From NCBI GenBank assembly GCA_013416795.1, contig RQSC01001393.1:1-64000 (forward strand): a stretch of 64,000 bases of DNA, written 5' to 3'. The position numbers and the translations under genes were made by a program. This stretch comes from Prasinococcaceae sp. CCMP 1430 (lineage: Eukaryota; Plantae; Prasinodermophyta). The notes under the pieces were generated by a model. It made no database searches and was not told where the DNA came from. It saw only the letters and a list, made by a program, of their open reading frames with translations. This document shows positions 55,717 to 64,000 of this stretch, piece by piece; within the stretch, counting starts at the first letter, position 1; the number at the start of each line of letters is the position of its first letter.

Positions 55717-57004
55717 ATGGCGGTGGCGCGCGTGTCTCCATGCCCCTCGCAGGTGTGCGCGTCGCGGCAGCCGCGCGCCGCCGTGCGCCGCTCGCTCGCG
55801 CGCTGCCACTGGAAGAACAAGAACAAAGGCACTCCGGGCTCGCGGTACAACACGACCAACAAGAGCAAGGCCGCAGCAGAGCAAGCGGCGGCTGTGCACG
55901 CTGCAGCGCACGGGCCGCCGCCCGACGCGCGGCCACCCCCGGTGATGCTCGACGGCGCCAACCTCGCTTGGGCATACGCCGATGCAATCGCGCGTAAGAC
56001 CGGCTACCGCGGGCGCATCGGGCCGCTCTCCCGCGGTGTTACGCTCGCGATGGAGCATGAGGCCATCAAAGACTCGAAGTCCGTGGCGTTCCTTCCGCGC
56101 CACTACGTCATTGGCACGCAGCGCGAGCTCCTCGACGGCTGGAATGTGCCACGCGAGTGCGTTGAGACGCACACGTCCATCGTGCGCGTGTCGAAGCTCT
56201 CGAAGAAGAAGACCGTGCGTAATGAGGCCGCTTGGGCGCTCGTGGAGAGCGGCGCGGCAGAGCTCGTGACGCGCAACACCAGTGCGCCTGCGCCGCGCAA
56301 CCGGGACGACGTGGAGCTCTTAGTGGAGGCCAAGCGTACCGGCGCGCTCGTGTGCACCAACGACATGTTCAGGGACCACAAGCGGAACCGCGCGCTCGGT
56401 TTCAGGCAGACCAGCCACTTCAAGGACTGGCTCAGGCGCAGTCGATTCGAGTTTGAGTTCCGCGTCACGGGTGAGGTGGACGAGGCCGCGCTGGCAGCCG
56501 AGGAGGCCGCGCGCGATCCTGCACCGCTCGAGGGCGACGCCAAATGGACGATCATCGACGAGGACGCCGAGCGGCCTGGCGGCAACGCCGACCATCTTGG
56601 AAGGCCCAAGCGCGGCATGGATCCGCGCCACCCGCTTCTCTGGCAGGACAAGCTCACGGTCGAGTTCGTGCCAAAGGTGAGTGCGCGCACGCGTGCGCGC
56701 GCGTCGTTGGGCTGTCCCGGAATTACAGATCGCTCTATGTGTCGGGGCGCGGCGCGAGCGTGCACGCGCACCGCACGCTCGGCCCCCCTCGGCAGCCTCC
56801 GCAGCAAGTGCTCAGCCGCTGACTCTCTCCCCGTCCCTTGCTGCGCTGTCTCCCCATTCCCCTCCTCCCCCCCCCCATCCGCGCGTGTGCATTCATTGCT
56901 CGCGCGCCCATACGCAGTTCAACACGCCGGTTGCTAAGAGGCTGGGTCTCGTCAACGACCAAGCGGGTGAAGCTGAGCCAGCCGAGGGCGCCCAGGCAGC
57001 ATGA
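55717..57004 (+). CDS. NYN/PIN-domain ribonuclease (Regnase/PRORP-type catalytic domain) with a transit-peptide-like N-terminus
   Basis: VMLDGANLAW, RDDVELLVEA, VCTNDMFRDH. Intron 56677-56917. Confidence 0.78.
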
Positions 57005-57190
57005 GGCACGCATGGACGCGGGCGCGTGTCGCTTCTGCCGCGGCCCTAGTAATAAGCCAGAAAGGCACCAGCCAGGCATACGCCTCTTGTGCGCGCGCGT
57101 GGTGCACGTGCACGCCCGCACGCTTGCTAGCAAAAATCGCCTGCCTTACTTCGTGTGCCGCTGGCGCACGCACACACGCGCGCTCGGCTA

Positions 57191-57792
57191 TCACTTCACC
57201 TCAGGAAGCTCCTCGCCTTCGGGAATGAACTTCATGGCGGCGGCGTTCATACAGTAGCGCTTGCCCGTGGGCATCGGTCCGTCATCGAAGACATGTCCCA
57301 GGTGGGCGCCCGATCTGGCATCTACGACCTCCTCACGCACCATGAAGGGGATGGACCTGTCGATCTTAATCGTGACGTGCTGTGGGTCGATCGGAGCGTA
57401 GAAGGACGGCCAGCCCGTTCCGGAGTCGAACTTGGTCTCGCTGGAGAAGAGCGGCAGGTTGGTGACCGCCGAGACCCACGTGCCCTTTGTCTTGGTGTCG
57501 TGGCGCGCCGAGCTGTCCGCCGTGACGCCCGTGAAGGGCCGCTCGGTCGCCTCGCGGAGCGTGACGTCCTGTGAGAGCCGCGGAAGCGACGCCGCGAGCT
57601 CCTCGACCTTCGCGCGCGGCAGTGGCGTCACGTCGTAGCCGCTCTTCGAGATGACCTTCTCGCCGGGGGCCAGCTCCTCAGCGCTCGCGCTGTTGCCCAT
57701 CGCGCGATCGAGCAGTTTCTGGAAGAAGCCGCCCGACGCCGCCGCGAGCGCCAGCTGCCGGCGCCCCGCCCCGCTGCCCGCGCTCCTCGGCG
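57191..57792 (-). CDS. msrB: Peptide methionine-R-sulfoxide reductase B; presequence runs into gap
   Basis: TERPFTG, PLFSSETKFDSGTGWPSF, HLGHVFDDGP, KRYCMN. Confidence 0.95.
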
Positions 57793-58569
57793 NNNNNNNN
57801 NNNNNNNNNNNNNNNNNNNNNNNNNNNNNNNNNNNNNNNNNNNNNNNNNNNNNNNNNNNNNNNNNNNNNNNNNNNNNNNNNNNNNNNNNNNNNNNNNNNN
57901 NNNNNNNNNNNNNNNNNNNNNNNNNNNNNNNNNNNNNNNNNNNNNNNNNNNNNNNNNNNNNNNNNNNNNNNNNNNNNNNNNNNNNNNNNNNNNNNNNNNN
58001 NNNNNNNNNNNNNNNNNNNNNNNNNNNNNNNNNNNNNNNNNNNNNNNNNNNNNNNNNNNNNNNNNNNNNNNNNNNNNNNNNNNNNNNNNNNNNNNNNNNN
58101 NNNNNNNNNNNNNNNNNNNNNNNNNNNNNNNNNNNNNNNNNNNNNNNNNNNNNNNNNNNNNNNNNNNNNNNNNNNNNNNNNNNNNNNNNNNNNNNNNNNN
58201 NNNNNNNNNNNNNNNNNNNNNNNNNNNNNNNNNNNNNNNNNNNNNNNNNNNNNNNNNNNNNNNNNNNNNNNNNNNNNNNNNNNNNNNNNNNNNNNNNNNN
58301 NNNNNNNNNNNNNNNNNNNNNNNNNNNNNNNNNNNNNNNNNNNNNNNNNNNNNNNNNNNNNNNNNNNNNNNNNNNNNNNNNNNNNNNNNNNNNNNNNNNN
58401 NNNNNNNNNNNNNNNNNNNNNNNNNNNNNNNNNNNNNNNNNNNNNNNNNNNNNNNNNNNNNNNNNNNNNNNNNNNNNNNNNNNNNNNNNNNNNNNNNNNN
58501 NNNNNNNNNNNNNNNNNNNNNNNNNNNNNNNNNNNNNNNNNNNNNNNNNNNNNNNNNNNNNNNNNNNNN

Positions 58570-59381
58570 GACGGCGGCGCCGACGGCGGCGCGGACGGCG
58601 GCGCTGCGAACCCGTTCTCGGCGGCGAAGGGCGCGGGGCCGTTCTCTGTGGAGGGCGCCAAGGCGGGCGGCGGCAGCAGCCGCAGCAAGGGCAGCGAGGG
58701 TGGCGCAGGCGGGGAAGCCGCCACCCCTGCGGCATCCCCATTTGCGTCGGCGTCGGCGCCGCCAAAGGCATCGCCCTTCGCGAGCAGTGGCGCCAGCGGC
58801 AGCGGCACAGTTGCGGCCAGCCCGTTCTCTTCGGCGGGGGGAGAGGTACGCGCTTCAGGCCTGTCTCGTGCCCTCCCCAGGCCATGGTTGCCTCCTCACC
58901 TTCCGCCGCACCTCTTGCGCATGTGTCTTCCTGCGCTTGCACTCGCAGAGTGCAGCGCGCGGTGTGCGCTCGCTGACCCAGCCGCGCCGCCGCTGCCGCC
59001 CGCGCCTGTGGCCACACCTGCAATCAATCAATCCCCATGAAGAAGCCCGCGTCGAAGCCCGCGGCCACTGCGGCGAGCCCGTTCGCTTCGGCGGCGGCGC
59101 CGTCCAAGCCTGCCGGGTCGAGCCCGTTCGCAGGAGGAGGCGGCGCTCGCGCTGCGGACCCTTTCGCGCGCCAGGCCGGCAGCCTGCGCGAGCCGTCCAC
59201 CGCTGAGCTCGAGGCCGAGAACGAGGCCATCACTCGCAACGCGCCAATCAAGCGCCAGACATTCAAACTCGCGCTGGGACAGCTCGTGCTGGTCGGTTCG
59301 TTCACGCTCATCACCGCGGCGATGCTCGGGACGTGCTACCTCGTGTACAAGATGGGCGGCATCACGCTCGCCTACGATTGA
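58570..59381 (+). CDS. Low-complexity protein with repeated (S/N/D/G)PF motifs and a C-terminal TM helix; 5' end in gap
   Basis: Exon to 58845 (donor GTACGC) and an exon resuming near 59043. Eight xPF[A/S] motifs, then LVLVGSFTLITAAMLGTCYLVY. Confidence 0.6.
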
Positions 59382-59558
59382 TTTGGCGTGAGGGCGTACG
59401 CCGTGCGCTGCCTGAGGCCGTGCAGCGGCCGCGCGAGTGGGCGAGGGATATAAGAGCGAGCATGAGAGGCCTGTGCCTACGGACGCGATGCGCGCCCCCA
59501 CGCGCGAGGGTATTGGCCCGCGCGGGGCGGGTTCTCACTCGCTCAGCTGAGCAGCTTC

Positions 59559-59723
59559 CTATTTTTTGAAGAGCGCGTCGAGCTCCTCGTTCTTGTGCAT
59601 CTCCAGCATGATGTCTGAGCCGCCCACGAACTCGCCTTTCACATACAGCTGCGGGATGGTCGGCCACGAGGAGTACTTCTTGATGCCCTCGCGCAGCAGC
59701 GGGTCGGCGAGCACGTTGTGTCC
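59559..59723 (-). CDS. Monothiol (class II) glutaredoxin, last exon, GRXS15/Grx5-like
   Basis: [42 protein letters not shown]. The CGFS exon presumably lies in the gap. Confidence 0.85.
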   Translation of the reverse strand, partial: GHNVLADPLLREGIKKYSSWPTIPQLYVKGEFVGGSDIMLEMHKNEELDALFKK

Positions 59724-60446
59724 CTGTCGGGGAGGCGGGTCTGGCAGTGTGTACGCTTGCTCGGTGGTTCCTTGTTTGACGGAGGATGGATGGCGCTGGC
59801 TGGCGCTGCGCGGGAGCCACCCCTGCGCAATCAATCGGATTCGGGATTCGAGTTCCTGTTCGGAACCGCACTTCGCTCGGCCCGCCCTTGTTTCAAGTCG
59901 TGTGGCTGGGTTTGTNNNNNNNNNNNNNNNNNNNNNNNNNNNNNNNNNNNNNNNNNNNNNNNNNNNNNNNNNNNNNNNNNNNNNNNNNNNNNNNNNNNNN
60001 NNNNNNNNNNNNNNNNNNNNNNNNNNNNNNNNNNNNNNNNNNNNNNNNNNNNNNNNNNNNNNNNNNNNNNNNNNNNNNNNNNNNNNNNNNNNNNNNNNNN
60101 NNNNNNNNNNNNNNNNNNNNNNNNNNNNNNNNNNNNNNNNNNNNNNNNNNNNNNNNNNNNNNNNNNNNNNNNNNNNNNNNNNNNNNNNNNNNNNNNNNNN
60201 NNNNNNNNNNNNNNNNNNNNNNNNNNNNNNNNNNNNNNNNNNNNNNNNNNNNNNNNNNNNNNNNNNNNNNNNNNNNNNNNNNNNNNNNNNNNNNNNNNNN
60301 NNNNNNNNNNNNNNNNNNNNNNNNNNNNNNNCGTTGCCAGCGACGCTGCGAGCCGGCGGCGGCGGGCGCCCCGCCGCGCCTGCGAGGGGGGCAGCTGCGC
60401 CAGGCCGCGTCGCCAGCGGCAGCCAGGCTGTCGCCGTGGTGACGCG

Positions 60447-61087
60447 ATGTCGACGCGCTACGTGACGAAGGCGGCCTTGGTGCGGGACCCGCTCGTGGCG
60501 CTGCGCCGGCGCGAGGGCGGAGTCGTTGGGCGAAAGGCGGCCGTGCTCGAGAGCGTGTACGGCATCACCAAACGACCGGGCATCGACCACGAACGCAGGC
60601 TGGCCGCACAGCTCGGGCTCGAGCATGCGGCGGTCAACCTGTGGTTCAGGAATCGCCGCGTGAGCGAGAAGCGCGCGGCGAGGAGACGATTGATGCTCTT
60701 GGGACTAGGTACGTGGGCGCACCTCTCGTGGCGCGATGAGCACCGGGGTGCGCATATCATTGGCGCGGCGAGTCGCGAGCTCGCCTGTGCATGTCCTGAC
60801 GACCTCATCCTCGCGATTCCACTTCGCACGCTCACGCGTGCTCGTCCACAGGCTTCCTCGTGATCCTCCTGGCGACAGGCATGCTCCTGTACATTCGCAC
60901 AGACGCCTTCGCTGGATGGGCCAAGTCATACCAAAAGGGCCGGCGCAGCCGCGCGGAGACGAGCGAGAAGGCAAATCGCAACAGTGGCGGCGCCAACGCA
61001 GCGGGCTATCACGCGCGTCGCCGCACACCGCGGCAGCGCGACTTCTCAGACGCGACGGGCGTGCAGGGTGGCAAGCCTAGGACCTGA
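60447..61087 (+). CDS. Homeodomain protein with a transmembrane helix immediately C-terminal to helix 3
   Basis: LESVYGITKRPGIDHERRLAAQLGLEHAAVNLWFRNRR. Intron 60709-60851 (GTACGT...CCACAG) completes LMLLGLGFLVILLATGMLLYI. The frame is open upstream to the gap. Confidence 0.75.
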
Positions 61088-61131
61088 GTGTACCGCCTTT
61101 GTAGCTGGTAGAATAGACTCTTTCATCACCG

Positions 61132-62228
61132 TTATCGCGCGCGCTGCATGCCTGCGCCAATGGCGCTGATCCCATACGCGAGTGCCGCCGCCGCGGCGCC
61201 AACACCGACGGACGAGAGCGCCGCTGTCGTTTTCGATTGGCCGAGAGAATGGCCACGAGCAGCGCCCAGCAGGCCGAGCACCGTACCTGTCATCATGGTA
61301 CCCACCGGGATGGCGAGGGAAGACGGCAGCGCGAGCACGGCCATGATGGGAACCGACCCGAAGATGGCATGGCCCGCGGCGGTGGACAACCCATCGACCA
61401 CGGGATTCTCGTCCTCGGTGGGCAAAATGCCCAGCTCCTCAACCATCACTACGAACAAAGTCGCCGAGGGCGCGCCAACGCGGAGAGCGCCGGGTCAGCT
61501 GAGGATACGGCAGGTCAAAGAACGCGGCTGCTGCAGGGCTGGAACGGCGTGGTGCGAGCGGGCCGGCGCACGCACTGTGATCGAGGAAGAACGACGGGTA
61601 CTTGGTCATCGTGCCAATTATCGTCTCTGCGTCGTTCTCCTTCATCCCCTTATTCACGTACAGCTCGATCATTTCCTCGCGCTCGCCCTCGGGAAAGTTT
61701 TTGAGCTCCCACGCTTCGCGCCTCCGCTCGAAGGCCTTGTGCTCCGCCTCTGCCTTGCTGCTGTTGTAGTCGCTCAACCCACTCGCGACGGACATCCCCC
61801 CGACACACGCCACGCCAATGCATCGTATGACAGGAGCGCTGAGCGCACAGCCTGAAGACGCTGCGAGCAGAGTCGCGGCAACCAGCGCGCCGTCGTTCCC
61901 ACCGAAGACTACTGACTTGACGAAGCCGGGAAGCGCGCTGCCGTGACCTGCCTCGCGTGACATGGCTGGCTTCGTGTGTGCCTTCTTCATGTCCTCGACA
62001 TCGCCTGCAGGTGCTCGCGACGGAAAGCGGCGCGGCGATGGCGCAGCAGCGCGAGAGGGCAGCCGTCAGAAACAGCGCCGACGGCTTTCCGGCCCTCAGG
62101 GCAAACGTGCTCTGCGGTGCGCCCGCGCTGGCTCCCAAAACCGCCGCGGTTGCGCGCGCACGCGCGCGCGCACCCTTCTCAAAGGCCACCTTGGCCGCGG
62201 ACAGGTCGCGGCACGCGAGGTCCGCCAT
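61132..62228 (-). CDS. VIT1: VIT1/CCC1 vacuolar iron transporter family
   Basis: Exons 62228-62174, 62004-61576 and 61448-61132. Motifs: VKSVVFGGNDG, MSVASGLSDY, ERRREAWELKNFPEGEREEMIELY, FLDHMMVEELG. Confidence 0.9.
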
Positions 62229-62675
62229 CGCCGCACGCCCCGCCGCAGCGCCTCGGGCGCGCACGCGCACGCGAAGGCACGCCGCCGCCCCCCCTGCTCC
62301 CGGCGCCGCGCGCGCGCTGTGGCGCCACGCCACGCGCCGTCCCCCCCCGCGAGCGACCCGAACCCTAAATCGCGGCAGTGCGCACCGATGGCAGGAGATG
62401 CGGGGGAACCCTCGGCGAAATTGCGCGAACAGCGAAAGCGCATGGAACAGACCCTGGACACGATCCCCTAACTCCGCGCGCGGCTCGTACCCTGCGAGTA
62501 ACCCTAACCGCGACCTCCCCGGGGAGGGCGATCAATCAAAGGTGCCGGCCGCGAGCGCAGCCGATGGTGCAGGCGGCGGGTGGGGTGGGGTGGGGGGTTG
62601 AAGGCTGCGGGGGGGAGGCGGTCGGCCGCGGCGTGGCGCGCGTGGGCGACTTGGTCGGCGCCACCGTGGGCGNGG

Positions 62676-64000
62676 CGACGAGCCGCAGCGGGGGGCGGGC
62701 GCGGCGGCGGCGGGCGAGCAGCGGCAGCAGGAGGCGCCCGCGCAGGGCGATCGGCGAGACAACTCTCAGGAGGCGCCTCCCGCCGCCGAGGTGCCGCGCC
62801 CTGGCGTCGGCCCCGGCGAGGAGGTGGTGAGCCTGCGCGAGTTCCAGTCCGATGTGCTGCGCGTGCTCGATGTGCCGTGCCGCGTGACAGCGTTCGAGGT
62901 CGAGGGCAACACGCGCACGCCGGCCTCGACGATCGAGTCGGCATTCGAGGGAGCTGAGGAAGCGCGCACCTTCGAGGAGGTCTCTCGCGCGCTCGACGCC
63001 TGCGTCGGCGCGCTCGAGTCGCAGCGCGTGATGCGCTCGGTCGATGTCACCGCGGTGCCCCATCCGTACAACGACGGCGAGGCGACCGTTCGGATCGCCG
63101 TCGAGGAGCGCAGGCCGCTCACGTACGACGTGGGCGTGTACACGAACGCGCGCACGTCGCAGCTGACCTTCGAGGCGCGTGCGGGCCTCGCCAACGCGCT
63201 CGGCCGCTTCGAGCACATCCAGGGAGCGTGCGAGATCGCGAGCGACCAGACCTGGACGTACGCCGCGGGAGCGCGCGTGCCCCGAAAGTTGCCCGCCTTC
63301 CTCGCGGCGGCGGCGGTGGCGACCGGGCGAAGCGGCGGAGCGGACGCCTTCGTGCCGCACCGCGGCGAGGCTTTCGCTGAGGTGCGTCGCGTGAGCCGCC
63401 GCTGGGAGAAGTATAGCTCCATCAACGAGGTGTCGCAGGGCGTCGAGTTCGGCTTCGACAGTGGCGTGCCGACGCTCGGCCGCGCGAGCTACGAGCTCAC
63501 GTGGCGGGAGCTCGGCCAAGCGAGCCTGCGCACGAGCAGCGCGGTGCGGCGACAGGCGGGACACGCCATCAAGTCGGCGGTATCATGGGGTGCGTCGCTG
63601 GGGAGCGTCGACAGCGAGAGCTGCCCGCGAAGCGGCCAACAGGTCAAGTGGAACGCGACGCTGTGCGGCGTGGGCCCCGATGCGCGCATGCTGCGCTTCG
63701 CGCGGCTCGAGGCGCATGCGCTGGGCGCGTGGCCGCTTCTGCGCGCGCGCGGCGGCGAGGGCCTCGACGTCACCCTGGTGTGCGGCGCGCGCGCGGGCGT
63801 GATCGCGCCGTGGGGCGCGAGGCTCTCCAAGCCCGCCACCGTCGTCGACAAGTTCTTCCTCGGCGGCGCGGGTGACCTGCGGGGCTTCATGACGAAGGGC
63901 GCGGGGCCGACCGCGCGCCGTCGCAGGCCGGGCTCGGCGACGGCTGTCGCGGCGGCTACGGCAGCGCCCGCTGCAGGAGTCGAGGAGGACGTCGACATCA
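62676..64000 (+). CDS. SAM50: SAM50/Omp85 outer-membrane beta-barrel assembly protein; partial, runs off the window
   Basis: The open frame from 62676 gives POTRA (VTAFEVEGNTRT), NALGRFE, SAVRRQAGHAIKSA, DKFFLGG and LRGFMTKGAGP. Confidence 0.85.

Noticed and set aside
57191-57260. Selenocysteine MsrB
   Set aside because: The catalytic residue is encoded as Cys; there is no in-frame TGA

Overview
A very GC-rich, gene-dense eukaryotic nuclear scaffold from a prasinophyte-grade green alga. The evidence is a prasinophyte-type Lhcp antenna gene, short GT-AG introns with GTGCGY/GTGAG donors, and TGTAA poly(A) signals. It has seven N gaps and four single-N joins. I count about 41 protein genes, and they alternate strand at 34 of 40 junctions. 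Recognisable genes are: FBS-type F-box, NAK kinase, GPR107/GOST, S40, a truncated plastid PNPase, Lhcp, SmD3, SF3B2, cytochrome b5, a mitochondrial carrier, RlmN, SmE, ALKBH6-like, an MFS fragment, plastid UMP kinase, PPase, CoaD, an R3H/ankyrin DExH helicase, TMEM45, SET, TspO, a bestrophin-like channel, OSCA, IFT81, nitroreductase, MsrB, a monothiol glutaredoxin, VIT1 and SAM50. The most unusual items are: (1) a homeodomain followed directly by a transmembrane helix, visible only after splicing, inside a redox/iron gene neighbourhood; (2) a fusion of a degenerate RluA domain to an RlmI/RlmK methyltransferase; (3) a stand-alone, apparently organelle-targeted NYN nuclease; (4) a membrane-anchored protein with SPF repeats; (5) a macro-like protein of unknown function; (6) a 2OG-Fe(II) dioxygenase whose active-site motif is split by an intron; (7) a dispersed 28-bp promoter motif with a tandem array; (8) an in-frame TAG in the OSCA gene. 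All assignments come from reading motifs by eye; no database searches were run. I saw no rRNA, tRNA, CRISPR array or transposase.
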